Assembly (NCBI RefSeq): GCF_006345805.1
Contig: NC_043003.1
Coordinates: 113,956,001-114,020,000, forward strand
Length of the DNA: 64,000 nt
Reading direction: 5' to 3'
Origin: Octopus sinensis
Lineage: Eukaryota
In this document: positions 27,804-40,162 of the stretch, one piece after another
Position numbering within the stretch: the stretch's first letter is position 1
Layout: each line of letters begins with the position of its first letter
Translations under genes and position numbers: made by a program
The notes under the pieces: model-generated
Seen by the model: only the letters and a program-made list of their open reading frames with translations
The model's database searches: none
What the model was told of the DNA's origin: nothing

Positions 27804-29215
27804 ACAGGACATCACCAACGGTTCAAACAACATGAAATACGTAAACAAACGAGTTAAATACATAAACAACGAGAGAATACGGGGAACAGGACAAGTAAAC
27901 AGAGAAAAGGCCCTTCATCAGTTATCGACTGTCTATCTACTCCTTATTTCGAGCATTCAACGACAATATGAATCTTCGAAGACAGCTGCTCCCATAAATT
28001 CTAAAATACAATTTAGGATTTATGGAAAGTCAAAGTTGGGAACAAAATCAGGGCAGTGGGAGAAATACAAGGAAAGCGAACGAAAATAAACAGAGGTTTG
28101 TTAGACCAGAACGAGAGGTAAATAGTGAACGGTGGGAGAAATATTTTCTTTGGAAAGAGAAAAGATAGAAGAGAGAGAAAAAGATAAAGAGGAGGGAGAG
28201 AGACAGATAGAAAACGGTGAAAGAGGGAGGGGAAGAATAAGGGAATTAGAGAAGGATGAATCACACACCCATGCGCATGTGGTTATACCTTTGTCAAGTA
28301 ATAAGTCTTCAAAAGCAGACAGTTAAGTGTTTTGATTCTATGTTCGTATATGTTTGTGTGTTTGTTTGAGTGAGTGTCTGGGTGTGTGTGGAGACACGAA
28401 CATGTATGCCCTTGCACGCGTGTGTGCCCATGTACGTATTCGTTATTGTTCTACGGACACCGAGAGAGAGTGAGGTTGGCAATTTGATTGGTTGGTTTTT
28501 ATTCTTCTCTCTTACGTGTTGCGTGCCATGGGTGACTGTGGCCGAGAGACGTTAACAAAACATACCGCTATCGCTGAAAGTGTGTTTCAGCATGTGTATT
28601 AAGCACTCTTAACACCTGCTGCAAGAGGCATCTATCATTGCGAGATCTGTTCAAAAAGAACAAGTCCTTAGTAGGACTGACTAGCCACACTTGTGGTGTT
28701 TATCTTTCAAAGAAAATTCAAGCGATGATATAGCTCGAAATTGATTTGCAGCAATCAAAACTAATGTTTATGTTTTGAATGTATTTAATATATGTGTTTC
28801 TTGCAGTTACGATAGATAACCTTTACATAATAATTTCTTCAGTCAATATTTCAAATATAAATGGTAAGCAAAAATTTTATCTATATATACATAGTTGCGT
28901 GGCTAGTCTTCGAGAACAGCCTTAAGAAAGAAATATAGATATGATTATAGATACAAATAAATATATTTTATATATATATATATATACGTTTTATTTATTG
29001 TTTTGCACATTACTTTATCATCGTTATATGTTTTATCTTATATTTAATCTTTCTATAATATGTAATTTTCTAGATGCTATAATTTAATTTTTCATTACTG
29101 AATTGATATAAGGTATTTTTTTCTAATTCATATATATATCGCCTGGGGCTAAATGCATCAGTAACACCCCCACCACCCCGCCCTGTCCCTAGCCACATTC
29201 AGATGGCTGATCCGC

Positions 29216-29272
<57 letters not shown>

Positions 29273-29275
29273 GAT

Positions 29276-29336
<61 letters not shown>

Positions 29337-30716
29337 GCTGGACAGGACATCACCAACGGTTCAAACAACATGAAATACGTAAACAAAACGAGTTAAATAC
29401 ATAAACAACGAGAGAATACGGGGAACAGGACAAGTAAACAGAGAAAAGGCCCTTCATCAGTTATCGACTGTCTATCTACTCCTTATTTCGAGCATTCACC
29501 GACAATATGAATCTTCGAAGACAGCTGCTCCCATAAATTCTAAAATACAATTTAGGATTTAGGGCAGTGGGAGAAAATACAGGAAAGCGAACGAAAATAA
29601 ACAGAGGTTTGTTAGACCAGAACGAGAGGTAAATAGTGAACGGTGGGAGAAATATTTTCTTTGGAAAGAGAAAAGATAGAAGAGAGAGAAAAAGATAAAG
29701 AGGAGGGAGAGAGACAGATAGAAAACGGTGAAAGAGGGAGGGGAAGAATAAGGGAATTAGAGAAGGATGAATCACACACCCATGCGCATGTGGTTATACC
29801 TTTATCAAGTAATAAGTCTTCAAAAGCAGACAGTTAAGTGTTTTGATCTATGTTCGTATATGTTGGTGTGGTTTTTGAGTGAGTGTCTGGGTGTGTGTGG
29901 AGACACGAACATGTATGCCTTTGCACGCGTGTGTGCCCATGTACGTATTCGTTATTGTTCTACGGACACCGAGAGAGAGTGAGGTTGGCAATTGATTGGT
30001 TGGTTTTTATTCTTCTCTCTTACGTGTTGCGTGCCATGGGTGACTGTGGCCGAGAGACGTAACAAAACTAACCGCTATCGCTGAAAGTGTGTTTCAGCAT
30101 GTGTATTAAGCACTCTTAACACATGCTGCAAGAGGCATCTATCATTGCGAGATTGTTCAAAAAGAAAAAGTCCTTAGTAGGACTGACTAGCCACACTTGT
30201 GGTGTTATCTTTCAAAGAAAATTCAAGCGATGATATAGCTCGAAATTGATTTGCAGCAATCAAAACTAATGTTATGTTTTGAATGTATTTAATATATGTG
30301 TTCTTGCAGTTAGATAGATAACCGTTTACATAATAATTTCTTCAGTCAATATTTCAAATATAAATGGTAAGCAAAAATTTTATCTATATATACATAGTTG
30401 CGTGGCTAGTCTTCGGACGAGAACAGCCTTAAGAAAGAAATATAGATATGATTATAGATACAAATAAATATATTTTATATATATATATATATACGTTTTA
30501 TTTATGTTTTGCACATTACTTTATCATCGTTATATGTTTTATCTTATATTTAATCTTTCTATAATATGTAATTTTCTAGATGCTATAATTTAATTTTTCA
30601 TTACTAATTGATATAAGGTATTTTTTTCTAATTCATTATATAATCCTGGGGCTAAATGCATCAGTAAACCCCCCACCACCCCGCCCTGTCCCTAGCCACA
30701 TTCAGATGGCTGATCC
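27804..30716. repeat. ~1.4-kb tandem duplication (27804-29213 and 29342-30716) joined by (TA)n
   Basis: The copies are near-identical; ORFs 28132/29643 and 28013/29476 repeat. Confidence 0.97.
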
Positions 30717-30718
30717 CG

Positions 30719-30750
<32 letters not shown>

Positions 30751-30786
30751 TATATATATACATCTGTGTGTGGTGTGTGTGTGTGT

Positions 30787-31290
30787 GATCCAATAGGTGG
30801 AAAAGAATAATATGCTGGTGAACGAGGAGAATTTGAGTTAATCCAATTCGGAAAAGAGAATAACCTCAAACTCTTATACTCCCTTCCTTCAGGTGAAACT
30901 CTCATGACATCCAACGACATCAGGGACTTGGGAGTAATTGTGGACAACAACATAAACTGGACCCCGTCCTACCCGCCCACATCCTAAATCATACTCGCAT
31001 CACATAACAACAATACGGCACAATTATTTCACCTCAATTGACCCCGATCTCTTTAATATTACACCAAAACACATTAAAGCAGAAACAGATCCACTAGACT
31101 TCAAGAATTCTTTGGACAAATTTCTTCAAGAAATCCCGGATAAACCTCCTACACGTGGATATATCTCCGTAAACAATAACTCTCTCCTCGAGTGGGCCAT
31201 TTTGTCCGATTCCTGATTTGAATGACTTTGCCAGGTGGTACTATTAAGGTAGAATGGCCTGGGCCAATTACTGGCCAAAACCTACCAAAG
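30787..31290 (+). mobile_element. CR1/L2-type LINE 3' fragment with an internal deletion
   Basis: ..KNNMLVNE/FELIQFGKE..DIRDLGVIVDNNINW, then ..TIRHNYFTSIDPDLFNITPKHI..FKNSLDKFLQEIPDKP..GYISVNNNSLLEW* (stop at 31216), a typical CR1-group C-terminus. Confidence 0.85.
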
Positions 31291-31926
31291 CATCAAAGAT
31301 TTTATATTTCTGTGTATGCATGTGTGCATGTATGTGTGCGCGCGTGCGCACTGTAATAACTGCAAAATCAAAACTTAATATGTTGAATGCGTTTACGAAG
31401 CACGTTTGGAGTTGTTCCTCAGTCAACATTTCGAAAAATGAAGGTAAACAAAAAATTTGTGTTATAATCGCAGGAACCCCAGCAGAAAGAAAGAAGGAGA
31501 GATAAAAGAAATAAAGAGGAGAGGGTGGAGAGAGGGGGAGAATAGGGTGAGAATTGAGATATAAGAGGAGATGGAACGGGGGAACATAAGTGATTAATCA
31601 GGCAATAAACCGCCATCGCAGAGAATAACAAGAGAAAGAAGGCGAAGGGAAAGAAAGAAAGGAAGGAAGGAAGGAAATATGGAAAATAATAAGAAAAAAA
31701 GGGCAAAGACAGATAAAAGAAAATGGGTGCCAGACGGGAGATGAAAGAAGGGCAGTAGAGCGCCAAATATGAGATGAAGTTAATGATAAGGTTAAAGAAC
31801 AGAAAGTTAAGTAGATCCAACCATTTCTGTTGGACCATAACATCGTTGACAACACTTCAAGTACCACTGGCTGGCTGCCATATGTCAACAGAAATATCCG
31901 CACACATCCACACCCACATTAACAAA

Positions 31927-31972
<46 letters not shown>

Positions 31973-32606
31973 CAGCTACATTACTCAGACAACTTTTCAG
32001 AAATCAAATTCGTCGACCAAGTTCTTCAAAATAATGAGTAACGTTTTACATGTTGGATCTAGACTCTACAAAGTACGCCGAACTCTAGTTTATCCACAAC
32101 CACATACAAATGGCTGATCTCAACTAAGACGTGAAGAGGATTTTTGAATATCAATGTGGTGTGTGCGAGAGACTCGAAATAAAGGCACCTACCTTCTCTT
32201 TGCTCAGATGGAGACCCTTCAGCGGTAATGGATCCTTCAACACAGCCCGACCCGAACGCTAGAGATAGCAGCTGCTTCCCCCAACCTTAACAACGTGAAT
32301 CACCCGTCTTACCAGCTCGGCGACCTCACTCGAAAGGCAGAATTCCGCATTCGCTGCGCGCCCGTCACCGCTGCCCTTTCCGGTCAGCCCCCAAGTTCCG
32401 GTCAGCTCCCCAACTGCTGACGTCATCCCACAATCAACGAGTGATGAATTCGTCGATATGTTTCCTGACAAACCCGAGGATGATGCTGGCATCCACAAAA
32501 TGTTAACATTTCTTTTGGTCGTACAATAATTAAATCACACAAGTCGGAATAGTTCCATCAGATCAAACTAGATTTAGGTTTTCTTAATGCAAATCCAGGA
32601 GATATC

Positions 32607-33027
32607 GGATCTTTTCGGTTTGAACGGTTGGCGGTGTCACATGAAATTGTTACCCATAATTATGACCCTAGTATCGATCTATTGCATTTCAATCTGTTTT
32701 AGGGTTAGTGTTAGTTAGGGTTAGGGGTGGGGGGAAGGGTATCTTTTTTCTTCACAAATGTAAATAAACCCAATCTGTTTCATAAACAAGGGACATATTC
32801 ATGCGGCACAGAATGTTTTTTGTTACCTCAATGGACATCAGTAATTGGTTGAAATTGCAGAAATTGAAGAAAAAAAAACAACAAATATCTTACAAACTAT
32901 AGAATTTTCTCAATAAAGCCAAGAGAAAAAGATGTTTTATAAACACATTCTACCGGTATACGAAGTTTAAAATTTTTTAGTTACCTAGAAATTATGTTAA
33001 AAACTGCCGTTCATACCGAAAAGATCC
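32607..33027 (+). mobile_element. Merlin-like MITE, copy 2
   Basis: Same TIRs; 8-bp TSD gagatatc (32599-32606 and 33028-33035). Confidence 0.92.
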
Positions 33028-33165
33028 GAGATATCTACTAAATAGAAGTCAACTGCTTCGAAATTCTAATTTTCGTTGACAGATAAATTTTAAGATGTTC
33101 TCATAGTTGTTAGTCTATTGGTTGTGGAAAATCTGGAGTTTTCAGAATTTAGAAACTGACATATA

Positions 33166-33570
33166 GGCGCAGGAGTGGCTGTGTGGTAAGTAGCTTGCTA
33201 ACCAACCACATGGTTCCGGGTTCAGTCCCACTGCTTGGCATCTTGGGCAAGTGTCTTCTGCTATAGCCCCGGGCCGACCAATGCCTTGCGAGTGGATTTG
33301 GTAGACGGAAACTGAAAGAAGCCTGTCGTATATATATATATGTGTGTGTGTGTTTGTGTGTCAGTGTTTTTCCCCCTAGCATTGCTTGACAACCGATGGT
33401 GGTGTGTTTACGTCCCCGTCACTTAGTGGTTCGGCAAAAGAGACCGATTGAATAAGAACTCGGCTTACAAAGAATGAGTCCCGGGGTCGATTTGCTCGAC
33501 TAAAGGCGGTGCTCCAGCATGGCCGCAGTCAAATGACTGAAACAAGTAAAAGAGTAAAAGAGTAAAGAGT
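33166..33570 (+). mobile_element. tRNA-derived SINE family B, full length
   Basis: ggcgcaggagtggctgtgtggtaagtagc..ggttcagtccc..aagtaaaagag tail. Confidence 0.95.
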
Positions 33571-34154
33571 ATACTCGTAACCCAAAAATCCAGTCTGTAA
33601 GAGGAACAATGTGGATATATAAGACTTTCTGAAATTCAAGATATAACTCAATAATTTAATTGTCATTTAAATTTTCAGCACGGAATTTTATTTCTTTGAT
33701 ACGAAATAATTCTTTCTTTATTTAAAGAATTGAGACAAATTAAATATACACACACACACACACACAAACACGTGCAAGCGCACGCATACGCACACACACA
33801 CATGCAAACACGTACGCACACACATGTACAAATGAAACGATAAAAAACAAAATATTTAAGGAAGATAACGATGGGGAGAGAGTGAGAGTGGGTAGGAGGA
33901 GAGAGAGGGAGAGGCTGTAAAAGGAAAAAAGTAGAGAAAGAAAAAATATACAAAGGAAATATAAAAGTAAATTAGTGATAATGAAAGAAATAAAAAGTGG
34001 GGAGGAGGAGGAGGAGGAGGAAGTGTGTTTGAGATATGGTGGGGATGGGGAAAATCTAATTTAGAGGCTGCCCCCCCCCCAGTTGTCATTATTTCACCTT
34101 GTTTTTCCTTAACTTTCCATTTCTTCACAGTTGTTAAAAGGAGAAATATATATA

Positions 34155-34560
34155 TTTTTACTACCCACAAGGGGCTAAATACAGAGGGGACAAACAAGGA
34201 CAGACAAAGGGATTAATTCGATTACATCGACACCAGTGCGTAACTGGTACTTAATTAATTTATCGACCCCGAAAGGATGAAGGGTAAAGTCGACCTCGGC
34301 GGGATTTGAACTCGGAAAGTAACGACAGACGAAATACCTATTTCTTTACTACCCACAAGGGGCTACACACAGAGGGGACAAACAAGGACAGAAAAAGGTA
34401 TTAAGTCGATTACCTCGACCCCAGTGCGTAACTGGTACTTAATTTATCGAACCCAAAAGGATGAAGGGTAAAGTCGACCTCGGCGGAATTTGAACTCGGA
34501 ATGTAACGACAGACGAAATACGGCTACGCATTTCGCCCGGCGTGCTAACGTTTCTGCCAG
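34155..34560 (-). mobile_element. SINE family A dimer
   Basis: Same architecture and junction as 25190-25572. Confidence 0.92.
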
Positions 34561-34803
34561 AAGGAGAAGTATAGACGGGGGAATCAGTCAACTCTTTTGG
34601 GATTGTTTTGAAAATAAAAGACCAAATGAATGACCACTTAATAAACGAAATATCAGCTTTGCCATTTTACCAGTCAACGGTTTTAATGTCCAGAGACTTG
34701 AGCCGAGCCGTATCCACTGGACGATATTGTATTGTTGGTGGAATCTGAAAGCAATCTACAAGAGGTGACTTTAGGTTTTCTTAATGCAAATCCAGGAGAT
34801 ATC

Positions 34804-35010
34804 GGATCTTTTCGGTTTGAACGGCAGTGTTTCTAGCGGTGTCATATGAAATTGTCACCCATAATTATGACCCTAGTATCGATCTATTGCATTTCAATCT
34901 GTTTTAGGGTTAGGGTTAGTTAGGGTTAGGGGTTGGGGAAGGGTATCTTTTTTTCTTCACAAATGTAAATAAACCCAATCTGTTTCTTAAACGAGGGACA
35001 TATTCATACG
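34804..35010 (+). mobile_element. Merlin-like MITE, copy 3 (left half only)
   Basis: Left TIR and body to ~35010; no right TIR. Confidence 0.9.
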
Positions 35011-35176
35011 ACAGACTTGAATGAAGTTGCGAATACAACTGGATTAGGATTGACCCCACAGAAGACAAAGGCCACGGAGGTCGCTCAAGGTACAAAATCA
35101 GCATATTGACGGAAATGTGGATTGACTGAGAATGAAACAAAAGACACTGAAACCAAATGTAAATTTTTCTTTAGAG

Positions 35177-35575
35177 GAACCGCAGGAGTTGCTGTGTGGT
35201 AAGTAGCTTGCTTACCAACTACATGGTTCCGGGTTCAGTCCCACTGCGTAGCACCTTGGGCAAGTGTCTTCTACTATAGCCTCGGGCCGACCAAGGCCTT
35301 GTGAGTGGATTTGGTAGACGGAAACTGGAAGAAGCCCGTCGTATATATGTATATATATATGTATGTGTATATATGTTTGTGTGTGTCACCGCACCATTGC
35401 TTGACAACCGATGGTGGTGTGTTTACGTCCCCGTAATTTAGCGGTTCAGCAAAAGAGACTGATAGAATAAGTACTAGGCTTACAAAGAATAAGTCCTGGG
35501 GTCGATTTACTCGACTAAAAGGCGGTGATCCAGCATGGCCGCAGTCAAATGACTGAAACAAGTAAAAGAGTAAGA
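35177..35575 (+). mobile_element. tRNA-derived SINE family B
   Basis: Full-length match to 33166-33570. Confidence 0.93.
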
Positions 35576-35799
35576 GTAGATGATGAGTTTAAAAACTCTA
35601 CAGAATGATTTAAAATATATTGAGGTTATTTGAAACATGTAAAAATATACGGAATATACTACTACTGCTGCTCGCAATATTTTGAATGTGCCGTGTGTAT
35701 AGGGTTAATGATAATCAAGCGAGCTGTTGTCGGTTGGTAAACTGTCTTTGGAACTTGGGTAACTCGGGAATTGTCCAGTCTACTTCAATGAAAATATTT

Positions 35800-36182
35800 G
35801 GAAGCACTCCGTCGGTTACGACGATGAGGGTTCCGGTTGATCCGAATCAACGGAACAGCCTGCTCGTGAAATTAACGTGTAAGTGGTTGAGCATTCCACA
35901 GACACGTGCACCCTTAACGTAGTTCTCGGGGATATTCAGCGTGACACAGAGAGTGACAAGGCCGGCCCCTTGAAATACAGGTACAACAGAAACAGGAAGT
36001 AAGAGCGAGAGAAAGTTGTGGTGAAAGAGTACAGCAGGGATCACCACCATCCGCTGCCGGAGCCTCGTAGAGCTTTTAGGTGTTTTCGCTCAATAAACAC
36101 TCACAACGCCCGGTCTGGGTATCGAAACCGCGATCCTATGACCGCGAGTCCGCTGCTCTAACCACTGGGCCATTGCGCCTCC
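35800..36182 (-). mobile_element. tRNA-derived SINE family C, full length with TSD
   Basis: A-box tggcccagtgg and B-box ggtttcgataccc; 13-14-bp TSD (c)aatgaaaatattt at 35786-35799 and 36182-36195. Confidence 0.95.
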
Positions 36183-36674
36183 AATGAAAATATTTACAAG
36201 TCACATTGAATTTGTAGTTTTAAGAAGAAACATCTCGGTAACAATGCAGCAAGGATCAGTTATTTTGGTAGCTTGCTGCATATTTCAAATTCTTCTGTAG
36301 CTTAGAGGCTGGATGGAGTCGCTTAGACTTGCTGGCCTAGGATGAAAGAGATGAATTTTGCCCCGAATGGCTTCAGATTGACCAACGCTACCTTCTAGGT
36401 ACAGCAGCATAAATAATCAAATATTATAGATTGGCCTTCAACACGATCGGATCTTGGAGCGCAGAGTGATAAAAGTAAATACCCTGAAAGTTATCAGTTT
36501 AGATTGAACAGCTTCCCCCCCCCCATCTCTTCCCCGTTGCTGGAGTTCTTGTTTTCCGCTCGTCTATCTGTCAATACTGCTTGGTTAAGTTGGTTGTAAA
36601 TCTTATCACTGTTTATCTCTTCCTCGCTCTGTCAGTCCCTTCTGTCTGTATATCTATCAGTCACCAGCTCTCTT

Positions 36675-36749
<75 letters not shown>

Positions 36750-36947
36750 TTTGTGTATATATATATGTATATGTGTATGTGTGTGTGTGTGTTTATATCT
36801 CCTACAAGTCGCCTTGTCTGGATCAAAAGGTACACGTTCTTCTCTCTCCCAATATGTCCGTCTGTCTGTCAGTCAGTCTGTCTGTCTGTCCACCTTTGTT
36901 TAGATACCTTTTCGTCTCTATCATTCTGTTTATCATTATTTATTTAT

Positions 36948-36985
<38 letters not shown>

Positions 36986-37117
36986 CTTTATACCCTTCCA
37001 TGTTATTCATTTTGCGCTTGTCTCTATTTTTCGATATATATGTCTGCCGTTTACTCTGTAAACATTTCTGTATCTTCTCTGAATGTCAACCTAAATGCTT
37101 CTCCATCTCTCTCTCTT

Positions 37118-37162
<45 letters not shown>

Positions 37163-38175
37163 ATATATTTACATACACGTAAGCGTGTGTGTGCACACTC
37201 AAGCGCGCGCGCGTGTAAGAGGTGTTCTTGTTACAAGAGACAGATAGACAACAGACAGACAGACAAACGGAAAAGCTTGTTTCTGGCTGTTTTATTTTCC
37301 ATATGATGACAAAAATGTCAAAGTGCAAAAGAAAGATCTCAGAGAAATTTTCTTTCGCCAGACAAGTTTTTATTCTTTTGATTTTCCCTTCCCAAAAAGT
37401 TTTTTTTCTTCTTTGTGTTTTTTATTATCTCAGCTCCAATCTCCACTATTGCCTACACCGTCACCACCACCACTAACAACAACAACAACAACAACAAAGA
37501 AGGGGCTTCTATGAACGATATCGGCTTGCTGGCAATGCAGCTAGATATCCCTCAAATCATACACTTTTTAAGAAAACTTATGCAGAAACACACGCAGATA
37601 TAGTATATACATACACACTCACACTCACATACATACATCACTTTCGAAACGCGGAGTAGATGAAACTATGGCGACTGAAGAAGGGGAATTTTCATTGTGT
37701 TATTTGTCCTGTACTCTATTTTTTCGTTGTTTAAGAAAAATGTCCATTTCCTTGGTTTTGTGTTTACGTTTCTCATTATGTTCGACGTTTTTTTGTGTCC
37801 TGTACCCATATATGCATGTATATATACATGTAGAGGTAGGTACGTACATATATGTATGTATATATGCATATGTTTTATTTATTTATTTGGGATCTTTTCT
37901 ATTCTGAAGCCAGTTTTTTCAAATTTTTCCTACTGAACCAAACGATTTGAAACTTCGTATACTGGTAGAATGTGTCAAAAGTAAACTTAATTGTAAACCA
38001 GAATGAAAACGGAATTGTAACTTCTAAGTTTAACGTTGTTTAATAATTAGAATTTTAACCAATGATATTCCGTCATTCGGCTTTATTTTATTTACTCCGT
38101 CTCGACCACCAATTTCGTGACGTATTAGACATCTTAAATGTAAACAAGCTATAGTCAGCCACCTTCTAATAACAA

Positions 38176-38735
38176 AAGTTTGTCTTTGAAGTTACCGTCT
38201 AGGGGAAGCATTGATGTACATGTGTGTGTGTGTGTGTGTGTTTGATGGGGTGTGGGAGACAGTATGTTGTGTAAGTGAAGTGCTTCTGTTAGTGTGTGTG
38301 AAGAGACAGAGAGAGTAATGTGTGAAAGAGAGAGATAACTGAAATTTTTTACTCGGTTTATGTGTATATGTATGTCTGCATGTATGTGTGTGTGTGTGTA
38401 TGTATGTGTAAGTATGTGTGTGTGTGTATGTGTGTGTGTGTATGTATGTATGGCCGATTCATCGTAATCACGATTCATCGTAATTACGATGAATCGGCCA
38501 TACATACATAGATACATACACACACACATACATGCAGACATACATATACACATACACCGAGTAAAAAATTTCAGTTATCTCTCTCTTTCACACATTACTC
38601 TCTCTGTCTCTTCACACACACTAACAGAAGCACTTCACTTACACAACATACTGTCTCCCACACCCCATCAAACACACACACACACACACATGTACATCAA
38701 TGCTTCCCCTAGACGGTAACTTCAAAGACAAACTT
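38176..38735. repeat. 560-bp near-perfect inverted duplication (palindrome)
   Basis: 38176-38468 is the reverse complement of 38483-38735, apart from microsatellite length differences and few mismatches. Confidence 0.93.
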
Positions 38736-38877
38736 CCCTCGTCATAAAATCGCTTCCTCTTAGTCTCTTTCGCTCTCATTACTTAGGTAAAAAAATAAAA
38801 GTTTTTTACGGAAATCGACGGAAAACTTGTGCTGCGACAAGAGAAACTTCGCCGAAATTTAATATTAAAAAAGCAAA

Positions 38878-38945
38878 GAGCTGGCAGAAACGTTAGCACG
38901 CCGGGCGAAATGCGTAGCCGTATTTCGTCTGCCGTGTTTGTTTAC
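38878..38945 (+). mobile_element. SINE family A head fragment
   Basis: gagctggcagaaacgttagcacgccgggcgaaatgcgtagccgtatttcgtctgccgt. Confidence 0.85.
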
Positions 38946-39222
38946 AGTTTTCCGAACGTTAGTACGTCACAAAAGCGCTTTCTACGTCACACTAATAGAA
39001 TGCAGTCAAGTTTTACACATGAAAACAAACAATCTGATTGGTTAAAACTCGCAGTTTTAATCTACGATTAAAGTCATAAAATAGATTTTTCTCAAATAAA
39101 CTAGTTCCAACCCGTGTCTTGTTTTGCTAGACTCTATCAGCATACGAAGTTTCAGATTATTTAGTTAAGTAGAAAGATCTGTGGTCCTGGCTTCAGAATA
39201 GAAAAGATCCTTTATTTGTTAT

Positions 39223-39269
<47 letters not shown>

Positions 39270-39829
39270 GGCAGCAAAAATGCAATAGAGGACAATAAAA
39301 CATTCGGACAGATAGAAGATACAAAGGTGGACAAGGGAACAACAATTAGAAGGACAGGCAAAAAAAGACGGGTCTTTCGTGGCCTTCTTTCCTCAGTCAA
39401 GTACCAAAAATCACGACCGTTTCGAGTAGTTACTCCTGGTATGGTTCGATCTGATTGCCCTCAAAAAAGTCTCAGCTAAGAACATTAGACCCCTTTGTAA
39501 GATAGCTAGCGAATGTGTGCGGCACCCCCCCCCCCCCCCAAAAAAAAACCGAGTATATGGTACACGATTACGACGAATACAAACAAGAAAATAACAACAG
39601 GTGTTTTTCGACCCGAATAAACCATGCCGGTCGGCAGACTGATGCCTGAGGTTTGCATCAAGTGGCTTCTAGCAGATGGAGCCTGAACTACAGCGAGCTT
39701 GTCCCACAGAGAACGATTCTGGTTACTTTAGGTTACCTCCTCCTCCTCCTACACACACACACACACACACACTTACACACAACTTGCTTTCAGTTTCTGC
39801 TACTAAAACCACTCGCAAATCTTTGGTAG

Positions 39830-40135
39830 GTATACTTCGAGGATGACATTCCAAAGGATGGAGCAGTTCGAATAGGAAACAATGCTCCACCCACCATATT
39901 CGCCGGACATTTCCCCGTCTGATTATCATTTATTCCGCAGTCTTCAAAATCATTTGGACGGAAAAAAATATGAATTCTGTAGACGAGGTGAGAACAGTAC
40001 TGGAGGAGTATTTTCATCACGGACGAGTGAAATCTGGAAGAGGGGCCTTACAAGTCTACCAGATAGATGGAAGAGTATTGTAGAAAATGAAAAAGAGTAT
40101 ATTTTAGCTTACAAAAATTTTTGTTTATCTTAATT
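39830..40135 (+). pseudogene. Mariner transposase C-terminal fragment
   Basis: ..MEQFE*ETMLHPPYSPDISPSDYHLFRSLQNHLDGKK..RGLTSLPDRWKSIVENEKEYI contains the mariner YSPDLAPSD-type motif. Confidence 0.92.
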
Positions 40136-40162
40136 TTGGAAAATAATAGAAATATTTATATA

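Larger units (their letters stand above)
37890..39210. mobile_element. Sister Merlin-like non-autonomous element (1321 bp) with nested insertions
   Basis: Perfect 24-bp TIR ggatcttttctattctgaagccag; 8-bp TSD tttatttg (37882-37889 and 39211-39218). It shares aaacttcgtatactggtagaatgtgt with the 420-bp MITE. Confidence 0.9.
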
